Source of the DNA: Macrostomum lignano
Taxonomy: Eukaryota
Assembly (NCBI GenBank): GCA_002269645.1
Contig: NIVC01003956.1
Coordinates: 1 to 64,000, forward strand
Reading direction: 5' to 3'
Length of the DNA stretch: 64,000 nucleotides
Shown here: piece after piece, positions 1 through 11,399 of the stretch
How the letters are laid out: the number at the start of each line of letters is the position of its first letter
How positions within the stretch are numbered: the first letter of the stretch is position 1
Translations under genes and position numbers: made by a program
The notes under the pieces: model-generated
Told to the model about the DNA's origin: nothing
Databases searched by the model: none
Seen by the model: the letters and a program-made list of their open reading frames with translations, nothing else

Positions 1-204
1 TGACCAGGTCTAGAAACTCGAATGGATCATTAGTGCGCCCAAAGCAAAACACAAATACGCGATGTTGGCGAAAGCGAAAGCAGTAACGAGGCCTCTTTAT
101 TTATATTTTAATGATTAAAAGAATAAGGATAAAAGAAGAAGAAAAAAGAACTGCGCGAAACACTGCAACTCAGCAGCGCGGCTGGAGTAAAATACCCCCC
201 CGCC

Positions 205-303
205 GGCGGAGGGGTGGGCGCCCACCTAAACAACACAGAACGTACACACGCGGCGGAGGGGTGGGCGCCCACCTAAACAACACAGAACGTACACACGCGG
301 CGG
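205..303. repeat. 47-bp tandem duplication (2 copies)
   Basis: GGCGGAGGGGTGGGCGCCCACCTAAACAACACAGAACGTACACACGC starts at 205 and again at 252. Confidence 0.8.
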
Positions 304-619
304 GGGGGGGGCGCACCACAGACGCAGCGCGCTTGGGCACTAAAGCCGGTTTGCTCAAGGCAAGCCTAGCGCAAACCGCAGTCATGTCAGCTGTTGGGGT
401 GAAGCGATGAATCTGCAGTACATCATCGGGCACTGTTCACCAAGGAGATAACACATGAAGACCCTAAAAATAAAATCGAGAGATAAGATAGTGAAAATCG
501 AGAAACATAACTGAGAATCTCATGATTGCTTATAAATCAAGCTCAATTAGCTATTCATAATAATCGATGTCTGTATGCAGAATCGAGAGAGGGTGTTTTT
601 GGATGTATACAATCGATAT

Positions 620-872
620 AGGTGTGCAGAGGTGTGCGGAGTCGAGGTGGGGTGTCCAGAGTCGAGGTGGGGTGTGCGGAGTCGAGGTGGGGTGTGCAGA
701 GTCGAGGTGGGGGTGTGCGGAGTCGAGGTGGGGTGTGCAGAGTCGAGGTGGGGGTGTGCGGAGTCGAGGAAGGGATGTGCAGAGTCGAGGAGGGGGTGTG
801 CGGAGGCGAGGAGGAGGTGTGCAGAGTCGAGGAGGGGGTGTGCAGAGTCGAGCGGCGGGGGTGTGCAGAGTC
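620..872. repeat. GC-rich minisatellite, 19-20 bp unit (GTGTGC(A/G)GAGTCGAGGTGGG)
   Basis: About 12 tandem copies are visible. The overlapping ORFs in all frames are repeat translations. Confidence 0.9.
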
Positions 873-2281
873 AGTGTTGGTGTACGGACTAGGGGTGGCG
901 GATGTTATTACGTATTAATTAAAACTGAACTAGTTACACATTTCTCCAGGTTTAAAATTTTTCCACTTCAAATATTGGTAAGAAAATAATTGATTTTTTA
1001 CATTAACAGAGTGGCAAAACTCACCTGTCCCTTCACCTGCTCTTCGCCTAGAACATGTTGTAGGATCCTGCATGTTGCGACTGCGGCTGCCAGGCAATGC
1101 TGATGCAGATTTGTCTGCTTCCAGCTTCGAATTGATCAATTTTAAGGCCAATGGCAATGCTTAGCTTAAAAAGGAATAATTAAGAAAAATGCAAAGTAGA
1201 GATCGAATCTAGTTAAGATGCTCTTATTCTATTCGTGATATTGAGACTTAACAACGAGCACCAAAGCTATAGAAAAGCAGCCCGCTGATAGTAAAAACCT
1301 CAAAATCAAAACTAATAGTCGGTAATGCGAATAGGTTGCCATGATGCGATAGCTTTTAGCATCAAATCCACCGATACGAGTTGATTTTCTTTTTTCTGTC
1401 TAGTCTGCGTTTTTTTCTAAAATAATTCAATGTTATATGAGAAAAAACAATGCAAAAAACAACGTGTATTTGGGATAAACGGCTTGTAGCAAGAAAATAA
1501 TTTAGAAGAAGAAACTTTTATTTAGCATTAAATTACAAACTTTCTGCATAGAAAGCATATAATTCATTATAAGCTACCATGTACATTCTTGCTCTCCTAA
1601 TAACTAAATATGAAAACAATGCTATCAAAGAGCCTCCAGCTTGATAAACTGCTTAGCCCAGCCCAACGAGATAAATCACAGGTAACATGCACTGAAAATA
1701 TTAATTTAATTTAAGCAGTTTTTAACTTTTTTAGAGCTCCTCCCCTTATCAAAAGTCCACTCATTTTTGTAGAACTTTTGTGTGCGCTAAAAATTCGTTT
1801 CCCTTGCCAACAAAATACTCCAGGCTAAAGCAAATTAAGAGTTACTCAAGCGAATACGGATCCCCCCTCCAAAGTCAATTGAGTACTCGCCCACAACGCT
1901 ACTCGGTAGGACGAATTGAAGGCAAACTGACGGTGCAGCCATCGGTTCAGCGGCTTGGACTCCTGCTGATTGTTGAACCACCGGTGGGGTAGCATGCATG
2001 AGGTTCGACTCCTGCTGATTGTTGAAACTCTGGTACCACCGGTGGGGTAGCATGAGGTTCGAAATCTCGTAGGAGATCAGACAGGCTGGCATCCGCCATC
2101 ATTCCAGCCATATTTTTTCCAGCGACTGGAACAGCCCTGTGCGGTGGCTGCTGCTCGACCGTGGCTTTTTCGTTCGTCTCCTCCGGCTCCAACTCGTGCT
2201 CTCAAAGAAAGCCGTGTCCAATTCTGGCGGAGCAACAAAATCAGCGGCAGCAGCATCATCGTCATAGCGATTTACCGGTGT

Positions 2282-2995
2282 CTAAAGACTGAGAGCACCA
2301 GCCGCTGGAACGTCAACGCTGGCAGCTTGATGGTCGATGCCAGCAGGTCCAGGAGCAGCAGCTGGATAGTCGACGCTGGCAGCTTGATGGTCGATGCCAG
2401 CAGGTCCAGGAGCAGCAGCTGGATAGTCGACGCTGGCAGCTTGATGGTCGATGCCAGCAGGTCCAGGAGCAGCAGCTGGATAGTCAACGCTGGCAGCTTG
2501 ATGGTCGATGCCAGCAGGTCCAGGAGCAGCAGCTGGATAGTCGACGCTGGCAGGTCCAGGAAGTCTGGCAACATCAGCTGGATGCTGATCTGCAGCAGCA
2601 AGTGCAGCGGAAATCAAATCAAAATTAGTACATGTAGTTGAAATTATTGCAGATTGATTTCGCACACCTTGAATCGTCTGGCTCAGGGTGCTGACCGGGG
2701 CTCGATGACGCTCGATCATGTTGAGTTGCTCCTGGCGGTGGGCGGCCTCCAGTACAGTAAAGCGGGCTCGTTCGATGCTATCAGGCGAGCTCCAATTAAT
2801 GATGGTGTGATTTTTATGGGCCCGAACTTGGCGGCGCACATTGAACAGCTCAGTTGTCTGGCACTCGTGGCAAAGCAACCAGCGACTTATAATGCAGCTG
2901 TCTTTTTTGTTATGGAGCTTTAACCCACCGAGCTCACAGGAATTGCAGCTGATGCACACCTCGTGCACGTAGGATGGACACCGAGATTGATTCAT
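2282..2995 (-). CDS. Candidate B-box-like zinc finger / coiled-coil protein with C-terminal 19-aa repeats
   Basis: 237-aa ATG ORF with CxxxxH..CxxC...LCxxC...HxxH followed by TII (B-box2-like spacing with insertions), then a helical segment, then repeats of ASVDYPAAAPGPAGIDHQA. Confidence 0.4.
   Translation of the reverse strand: MNQSRCPSYVHEVCISCNSCELGGLKLHNKKDSCIISRWLLCHECQTTELFNVRRQVRAHKNHTIINWSSPDSIERARFTVLEAAHRQEQLNMIERHRAPVSTLSQTIQGVRNQSAIISTTCTNFDLISAALAAADQHPADVARLPGPASVDYPAAAPGPAGIDHQAASVDYPAAAPGPAGIDHQAASVDYPAAAPGPAGIDHQAASVDYPAAAPGPAGIDHQAASVDVPAAGALSL
2310..2560. repeat. 57-bp tandem repeat (about 4 copies)
   Basis: GGCAGCTTGATGGTCGATGCC recurs at 2321, 2378, 2435 and 2492 (period 57). 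Confidence 0.9.
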
Positions 2996-4072
2996 TATTT
3001 AAAATTTATCTATGAGAAATTTAGTTTAAAATAAAATTTAAATTTAAACTTCTCATATGCACATATTTAGCCTCTTATATACTCACTTCAACCAAATCTG
3101 TGGTAATAAAAACATAGCCGCTATGTTTTCAGCTTTGCTATGTTTACAGTCAGCCACCCAATGTCCATAATGATTTCATCAGCGCATTCAGGTATTGAGC
3201 CCTCGTTAAATTCCCGCACGCCCGCTAAATTCTTTTGAATACGCCGCCAACTTTACCCCACCCAGTCGAGGGTGGCAATAAAACTGATAACTGAGCACTC
3301 TCTCCTTTCAGCAACAAAGCCGCCGCGCCATGCACCAGCTCCCAGACAGCGGGAGAGAGAGGCTTGGCTACCACTTTTTTGTTTACAGAAGTTTTTTATT
3401 ACCGATAAAATTATATATTAAAGTATTAGTATAATACTGAATACAATAAAATACCGCTGATATTTGCCAATCGTTCAACACAATTTCTAGAGATTCCCCT
3501 AGCTCGGCTCTGTGCATACTTGTGGATTCCCCCATGAGGCGCCCATGTACTCTCATTAGGAGTCTACGGAATTCCCATGGCTTTGCCTGCGGCAGAGTTG
3601 AGCTATGCAAACACATAGGCGCCCTTCTGATCCGGGCCCACGGAATTTCCGTGGCTTTCCCTGCGGCAGAGTTGTGTTCTCCTCTACTACTAATAGTTAG
3701 CTGTATTTCTGTTTTCTTATTTTGATCCCGACAGCAAAGCAAATAATGCACTGTTTCATTTGAAATCCATGAATATTACTAAAGTCGCCGGCAGACTTTC
3801 CAGTTTTTGGGGATTTCGACTGGAGTATAATTAGCTAACCAAGCAGATGCATTCCGGAGTACCTGCACAGCAAAAGCTAGCCAATTATTCGCTATTCAAA
3901 TCGAACAGCAAACAACATTGCGCAACAAGAAATGATAATGATCGCTTCGATCAATAAGAAACTTACCTCTGTCACGTGCGGGCCTGTAAGAGTCACGGCA
4001 GTCCACCTGTCCTTGCAGGGCACGTTGGAGAGCTTTGACACCGATGGCATTGAGTGCTGCTCACAGCTGGCT

Positions 4073-4079
4073 TATATAA
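4073..4079 (+). promoter_or_regulatory. TATA box of the VMO1-like gene
   Basis: TATATAA about 95 bp upstream of the ATG at 4169. Confidence 0.55.
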
Positions 4080-4168
4080 GCAGGAGTGCAGGCACTAGCT
4101 GTTCCATCGAACTGACCATCTCAGCTGCAATATTGAGTACACCATCTTGCACTGTAAGACCGGAGAGC

Positions 4169-4945
4169 ATGAAACTGCTACTGCCTACTCTGCTGCTGCC
4201 CGCACTGCTGCTCATGAGCTGCAACAGCGTCACAGGTGAGAGCTTGTCTGCTGAGGTCAATTTCCTCATTCGCAGCTGTTGGGATGTCCAAAGTCAACCG
4301 CACACGTGCATTTCCCATTGCAGCCAATCGGTGGGCAGCCACCTTAACACCGGAAGCGAAAACTGACTGGGGAGACTGGGGCAACTGGGAAAGCTGTCCT
4401 GACGGATCGTTAGTTAGCAGGTGAGGCTTGCAAGTCAGCTGCATCACACGTAGAGTTGTCACAGCCGCATGTCCCATCAAGGACGACAGTCAGCGATCCG
4501 TCACAAATGCATCAATCCTTTCAGGTTCCAGCTGAAGGTGGAGGACAAGCAGGGCAACGGTGACGACACGGCCCTGAACTCTGTGAAGATGTTCTGCTCA
4601 CATGACGGTAGCTGGGGAAGCCACTCGCTGGAAAGTGCAGCTGGCAGCTGGGGCAACTGGCGCGAATCCTTGCACTGCAGCAAGTTTTACTCAGGTATCC
4701 AGTTCCGCTCGGAGTCGTCTCAGGGCGGTGGTGACGACACGGCTGGCAACAATGTCCGTCTGCTGTGCGACGGCAACTGGCAGGATGGTGGCGGCCTGGA
4801 CTGGGGCAGCTGGACCGACGCCCAGTACTGCCCTCACAACAGCTTCATCTGCGCCCTGCGCACCAAGGTCGAGGGCTCGCAAGGCGGCAGGCGTGACGAC
4901 ACGGCCCTCAATGCGATCGAGGTCCAGTGCTGCTACATCAACTGA
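4169..4945 (+). CDS. VMO1: Vitelline membrane outer layer protein 1-like (beta-prism I), secreted; exons 4169-4235, 4276-4420, 4525-4945
   Basis: Signal peptide MKLLLPTLLLPALLLMSCNSVT. GT-AG introns of 40 and 104 nt keep the frame. Three repeats of WGxWxxxxxC and three DDTA(L/G)N motifs are diagnostic of the VOMI family. Confidence 0.92.
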
Positions 4946-6129
4946 CCTGACTGTGTGCTGTAGCAATTTGTTTTACTTGTGCCAGTCAATACAATCGTTC
5001 TTCCTGGACTGTGGTCTCATTATTTATGGAATGTGTTTCCTACACTCAGCGGACTGTGTTTGTATTTATCAATGCTCTGCAGCTTTTACGGAGTTTAGAT
5101 GTGGGGAGAGAACATAGAGGCTCCACGCGAGGTATTTTCAGGAAGTAGATCGGTCAGCATGAGAGAGGAATTCTAACGGTTGCAGCAAAGACAGCCCAAC
5201 CCCTCGAGTGTGTTTTTTAGAATCAGTTATAACGTACTTCTCAAATATTCAGCTTACTCTTAATCACCTGGACCAAATTATGCGAAAAAGACTTCGTGTG
5301 CAATACTTTACTGATCCTTAGAGTAGATTAGAAGTACATTAGACTTACATTAGCTTTTGTAACGCATTGACGTCTTAAAGTCGTGCGTGCAGGGCTCCGG
5401 GGAGGATGGCAACACGCACGAGCACCTGGCCAAGATAGTGAAGTCCAGGGCTTGGAATAACTGTGCCTTCGGGGCCTTCGGGTGACCAATAAACTGGCAG
5501 GTGAATTTGTGATTTCCAAACCAGATACTGGGTTCGAAATGCCAATTAAAAACTGCAAATACCTCATTATAATCGAAAATGGGGCGCACACGAAATCTTA
5601 GTTTGTCCTAACTGACAGTTTTGTTCCATGAATTTTTGCACCGTGCTTTGGGATTGGCCAAACGCAGTTTCATGACAAGCAAAATCCAAGCAGCAATTTT
5701 GTAATGGCAAATATTGGGATTGAATTGGGATTTTCAACTTTTCAATTTTTCGGTGCTCACTTGTTTTGGCGTTAAGAAAAGCCAGTATTATGAAGCCCTC
5801 CGAAACATTTAAGCAACAAATTATGCAAGAATTGTAAATAATTCAGAAATAGTCTTTGACTTTCACTAAGAAGTACTTCTGCCAGTAATTGATGAGATAC
5901 AATAACTTGTTCCCAAGCGATAGCGATTGGATCGAAAAACTGTCAAAATAATTAATACTTTTGCCACAAAAAACTGCGTACTAGCTAGAAATGACTTTGA
6001 AAGCGTTCGTTAAGAAAAATATATCAGTTTACAAGGGAAATAAACTAACATGCACTTCCGCCAGAGTCACCTGTCAGATTAAAAATTTTCAAACAGGACG
6101 TCAAAAGTAAAAATACAAGTGAAAGCTGT

Positions 6130-8112
6130 TGTGACGAATTTAATCTGGCAGTCCTTGGCAGAACAAGACCGAACAAGACCGAAGAAAAATGCAAGCATAG
6201 CGCAGTCCAATATTCAATTGAATTGATATATTTTGCTTGCTTAGTTGGCCAAGTTTTTTATTTGTTTTTTGAGTAGCGACGAAAAACGAACAGTTAATAT
6301 AAAACGATAGATGATACAGCGAATTGTAATTGGCTGAGAGTTACGATGGGCGCTGGGCAAATTATTGATTTGTTAAAAATTCATCACTTGCTGACATATA
6401 AAAGCCGATTCAATGAATGTACTCGTACACAGAATTCATACAAAATATGATACACTTACGTAGTAGTCTACTGATAGTAAAAACGATAGTAAAACAATGA
6501 AGTTTTCCACAAGTCCCCCGTCACACTCGCCTTCCTCTAAAAGAAAAGATATTTGCACTCTAATACATGTAGTCAATATTAATTTGAATAACATAAGTGA
6601 AAATGCAGACAATGATTACGAAATGAGCTGAGGAACATTTTTAGTAAGCACACAAGAGAGCGCGACAGCACGCGAGAAGAAAAGTAGAGACGACTAGTGC
6701 ACGAATAGCATCACGCTGCAGAATGCAGAGCAGACAACGCGCCGAATGCGCCAGCCAACAGACGGCTCACCGCTGGGCCGGTCCCGATGGACCGCACGGG
6801 CGCGACCCCAGTGGGTCGCAGATGCCTCCCAGCCAACGCACGCAGAGGTGCAGAGAAGGACAGGCACAAAGAAGGTCGCAACGAACTCTGAACGACGCCA
6901 AGGGCGCCCGGCTGACGAGGACCGCGCAGCAAAAAATGGTACGGCTCACGGGCCCGTTGCTGGGGAAAAGGAAACTAGATCGACAGGAGACAGAAGCAAA
7001 AGATGGAACAGAAAAAACATTTTAATAGCACAAGATGACAGGGACATGTATATGAAAGGCGAAAATGATGAAACTCACTGAATTATAACAATACATGCGT
7101 ACATGTATTTTGATATTGGATTAAAAACATTAGTTTCACAGTGCAAGCAATAATTATTTGAAGCATTTACATTTTTACATGCAAAATATCAACCTTGGTT
7201 TAGAGCAGCTGTTGCAGATTTTCAGTTGACGGGACGGTAAGCTGGTCTGAATGGGGTAGCCGGTACAGTTGAATGGACTGAAACGGCCCTTTTAGGTCGC
7301 AGTTGGTCGGAGCTGGCCACGTCGTGTGGGTACCGACGAAACGACGTACGAATATGTAGAATGTTGAATGTTGAATGATCGCCTAAGCCGCCGAATAGAG
7401 ATGATATGGTGAGTTTCGCAGGCAGGCGAGGTGTAACGTCATGTAAAACTGCCCTTTTGAGGCCACAGCCACTTGCTGCGGTGATGCAGAATACGAGTCG
7501 AGCGATACGATGGCGGACTGAATTTATGGCATTACTTAGATTCTCAAGATGCACAAATGATCCATAGGGGAATGACGACTGGGAGGAACGCGCTGAATTG
7601 GGTATTGTCGCTGCGCTCAGCCTCAATCTCTCCTTCCTCCTCCGATCGGAAAGTTGTGTAGCAGTAGCACGTCTCGACCCAGGGTTCGAATCTCGAGGTG
7701 GGACCCTCCATTAAAATGTGACGAATTTAATCTGGCAGTCCTTGGCAGAACAAGACCGAACAAGACCGAAGAAAAATGCAAGCATAGCGCAGTCCAATAT
7801 TCAATTGAATTGATATATTTTGCTTGCTTAGTTGGCCAAGTTTTTTATTTGTTTTTTGAGTAGCGACGAAAAACGAACAGTTAATATAAAACGATAGATG
7901 ATACAGCGAATTGTAATTGGCTGAGAGTTACGATGGGCGCTGGGCAAATTATTGATTTGTTAAAAATTCATCACTTGCTGACATATAAAAGCCGATTCAA
8001 TGAATGTACTCGTACACAGAATTCATACAAAATATGATACACTTACGTAGTAGTCTACTGATAGTAAAAACGATAGTAAAACAATGAAGTTTTCCACAAG
8101 TCCCCCGTCACA
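6130..8112 (-). mobile_element. Complete non-autonomous LTR retrotransposon (TRIM/LARD-like, 1983 bp)
   Basis: Two 396-bp LTRs (6130-6525, 7717-8112) with TGTGACG...CGTCACA termini, identical by eye. 4-bp TSD CTGT (6126-6129, 8113-8116). PPT at 6526-6540 and tRNA-like PBS at 7681-7710 on the minus strand. No gag or pol motifs inside. Confidence 0.93.
7681..7710 (-). promoter_or_regulatory. Primer-binding site resembling the tRNA-Gln 3' end
   Basis: The + strand reads GGTTCGAATCTCGAGGTGGGACCCTCCA, like tRNA-Gln ...TCTCGGTGGGACCTCCA with small insertions, 6 nt from the 5' LTR. Confidence 0.6.
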
Positions 8113-8367
8113 CTGTGCTGTCATATTCTGAGATTGATGAACAAGCCGGCCATGAAGCCTTAATGAGGCGAGCGGACAATGCTGCAACTAAAACCAAGGT
8201 ATCGTGAGCCAACTGCAGTATCATAAAGTGCTTAAGCCAAAAAATAGTACAAAGTAGAAAAATGTTAACTAGCAAAGCAGGTTGAAGTAAAAAATAGCTG
8301 TAGCAGAGGAAAATCAGTTTTACAAAACAATGTAAAACTGAAATGAATCAATGTTTGATGTGTATAG

Positions 8368-8676
8368 TCCCGCATAGCAAAATTACGTATCCAATAGAAA
8401 GTGGGACGTCTCCGATACGCAACTTTTTTGGTTGCAGGAACGTCCTTGATACGTATCCAATTTTTATGATCCTCTAAAGAAGCTCGTTTCTACAAAAATA
8501 GTGGAATAAATCATCAATAAAATTACAAGCATTATCTGTTCACCATTTTTGTAGAAACGAGCTTCTTTAGAGGATCATAAAAATTGGATACGTATCAAGG
8601 ACGTTCCTGCAACCAAAAAAGTTGCGTATCGGAGACGTCCCACTTTCTATTGGATACGTAATTTTGCTATGCGGGA
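8368..8676. mobile_element. Foldback/MITE: about 138-bp near-perfect inverted arms with a spacer of about 32 bp
   Basis: 8368-8506 (TCCCGCATAGCAAAATTACG...) is the reverse complement of 8539-8676. TA dinucleotides lie nearby on both flanks. Confidence 0.85.
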
Positions 8677-8740
8677 GTTAATAAGCGGAATTGTGCGGTG
8701 AAATAGAAAATAATAGAATAGAAATAAGGCGAAAGCTCAA

Positions 8741-9102
8741 GGGGGCCGTAGCCCAGCGGTCTAGCACAGGCTCTGGTGTGCCAGCGACCCAGGCTCGATT
8801 CCAAGTGCAGTCACATTAATTTGGGGCTGAATTGGAATCTCGGCTTGGCTCTGCTCGTGCAATTAACGGCCTTGAGAGCCAACCCCCCCCCCCCAAGGCG
8901 CAGTGAAGTGTACATGCCTAACGATAATATAAAGTTAGGGCCGCTGTACACTCCTGTGTGAGTGTGTGCCTGCGTACGTATCCGCGCGCTTGTATGCCTG
9001 CTCAGGGGAGTCGGCGGAATGGGCAGTAATTCCTCTCGCCGGTTGTGTGCCTGTCGCTTAAAGTGCGCCAGGGTGCCCACAACCCCCCTGCCTTTAATAA
9101 AA
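8741..9102 (+). mobile_element. tRNA-derived SINE (about 360 bp)
   Basis: Head GGGGGCCGTAGCCCAGCGGTCTAG (A box) and GGCTCGATTCC (B box). A-rich tail TTTAATAAAA. Perfect 15-bp TSD AAGGCGAAAGCTCAA at 8726-8740 and 9103-9117. Confidence 0.88.
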
Positions 9103-9730
9103 AAGGCGAAAGCTCAAAACACAACTGCGAGTGTAATTTTTTGTGTCCATTTACACGAGTAGTTGTACCGTTATAATAGTTGGAAGATTCGCGCAAGAAG
9201 TGAGTGGGTTCGTTGATAAAAGAAGCCTAAAAAGACGGGTTAGACTAGAAGAGAAGTAAAACACACTAAGTTATAAAGAAGCAATTAAAAACTTTCTTGC
9301 ATCCATGAACAAAAAACACGCAACTATGCGCGACAGTCTACTTTATCAGTAGGAAGAATGCGCGAAGCCGAGGAAAATAGTGCATATGTAAAGTATGCCA
9401 TTTCGAGGCGAGTTTTATAGAACCGCATATGATCCGATGTAGATAAGTAATAAAAACGCGACAATTAAGCGAGATCTACGGGAGTTGTAAAATGTGTTTA
9501 GCATCTCCCTGCGACAATGTAAGGACTGCAGCAACTGCCATCGTAAAATATGTATAAACGACTGTCCCTAAAGCCTGATAATAATACCGCGAACGAAAAA
9601 AATTCATGGTAGCTTTTGGAACGAAGCTTTGCAACGACGATGGTGAATTATCGTTATCCCCGGCCGTCGCTAAGCGGAGCCGTAACCGGAACTCGATCCT
9701 TGCGAAGACACGGCGGATAGCTTTCGGCGT

Positions 9731-9889
9731 CTAGCGGTTCACAGAGTCTACATTCAAATCCGGATAGCGAAGCATTAATTTGGCCAGCCACTCGGCCAGA
9801 TCTGTCTGAGTCTGCTCGTGGTATTTCACTAAGTCGTGGCAGAGCAGGCGCTGATATTTTGGTCGAAGATTGACGTCCTGATCATTAAA
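9731..9889 (-). CDS. Candidate terminal coding exon of an unidentified gene
   Basis: Acceptor TTTTGTAATTCTTCAG, then 52 open codons FNDQDVNLRPKYQRLLCHDLVKYHEQTQTDLAEWLAKLMLRYPDLNVDSVNR and TAG. No upstream exon identified. Confidence 0.25.
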   Translation of the reverse strand, partial: FNDQDVNLRPKYQRLLCHDLVKYHEQTQTDLAEWLAKLMLRYPDLNVDSVNR

Positions 9890-11399
9890 CTGAAGAATTA
9901 CAAAATCAGCGTTGGGATATACGAATATGAATACAAAAGTTTTGTATTCATATCGGCCAATACAGCATTGCCGATAAAATGTTAAAGCACGATCGAGATA
10001 CTAATAAAAATGCGGTTAATTTACTTTTCTTCATTGATGTAATTAGGCGAGTTTTCTAAATACAAAATCGAACTCAATTTTTCTAGCGTACATTTTATGG
10101 CATTTACACGCATAAAAAGATAAGGCGGCTGGACAGAAACAAGTCGATGTTACGTTTGTCTGTACATATTGGCTGAACTAAGAAATAAAATTAACGAAAT
10201 AATTTATCGCCTGGGTTTATTCCTGGCATCACCTTGGAAATTTTCCAAGGAAATATTTTCAACAAAAAATAGGCCTATGAAAATATCAAATTTTTTTAAA
10301 ACCTTAGGTGATAGTTTAAAAACTAGAACTTAGTCAGAAAAGAACTTCGTTTGATACTTGAGGAGGCCTTAAAAAACTATTGCCATGACACTCTAACTTC
10401 AAATTTAAATTAATCCAGTAAACACTTTACTTTAAGTAAAGAGAAAACCTATGTCTATCGAGTCTCTCCACGCTTTTGTTGTGCTGTGCACTTTTACAGT
10501 GCTAGTGCACCTAGCCTAGCTGAGCCGGCGGCGGGCTTGGTGCTGCCGTCCCGGGGGGGGGTTGGCTGGGGGTTGGTGGGGTGGTGGGTTAGAGAGCGCG
10601 TGGCCCTCCCCCCTCCGCGGGTGTGTGCTATTTAGCATCGCTCGCGGCAGGTTGGAGCGGTGCGCGGCTCGGCTATCCCCCTCTCTTAGAACTCTGCATT
10701 CCGTCAGCGCTATACAGCCACCAAAATTACGATCGTACGACCTGAAAAGAAATATATCGGAAAGGCCACCTACCTGCACCGGCCCTGAGCGACCGCCGCT
10801 AGCTGAGTAAGTGCACATTCTGCCTTCCTTCTTTCGGTTGCCTAGGGGACACAGAGAGTCCGTGTGTCCTGATGCCAACTCAGCTCGATTAGAGGGAGAC
10901 GTCAGAAGGGTACCTACCGTACGTACCTACGCCTTTACGCCAGCCAGTGCGTCCCGACGCCTCGCTGAAGGCGGCCCGCACCACTGCGTCCCGACGCGTG
11001 GTAAGGCTGCGTGGGTGCGTCCTGACGCCCCGCAGACTGTCAAGGAAAGTGCTCGCCCTAGCGCCCGCGCGCAGGCTAAGCAAGGATCCGCTTGTACCCG
11101 ATACTGTACCCTGTAGGACCACCCTACTGCCGGGCCGGGGGCTGCAGGGATACAACACTTTCCTTCATCAAACTGCTCCAAACCTAAATGCTGACGGCAC
11201 GCTGTACCTGCCACTGCCAGTAACGACAGTCGTGGACTCGTGGTAAGGTTCCCCGCTGTGAAATTAAGCTCACACAGCACACAGAAACCTCACTACAGAT
11301 ATCATTTTTAATCAATTTGTGGTAGGCCGGTCTTTCACTGTGAGGATAAACGGGAGACGTGACTCTGACGGAAATGTTTTCCCATCGCTGACGCTTGAT

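Noticed and set aside
567-989. Three overlapping + strand ORFs
   Set aside because: All are translations of the 19-20 bp minisatellite.
5350-5589. AQLFQALDFTIL as a pogo/DDE_1 QPLD motif
   Set aside because: A single weak motif with no other transposase features.
6723-7626. ORFs inside the non-autonomous LTR element as gag or integrase remnants
   Set aside because: No zinc knuckle, capsid or DDE motif recognisable.
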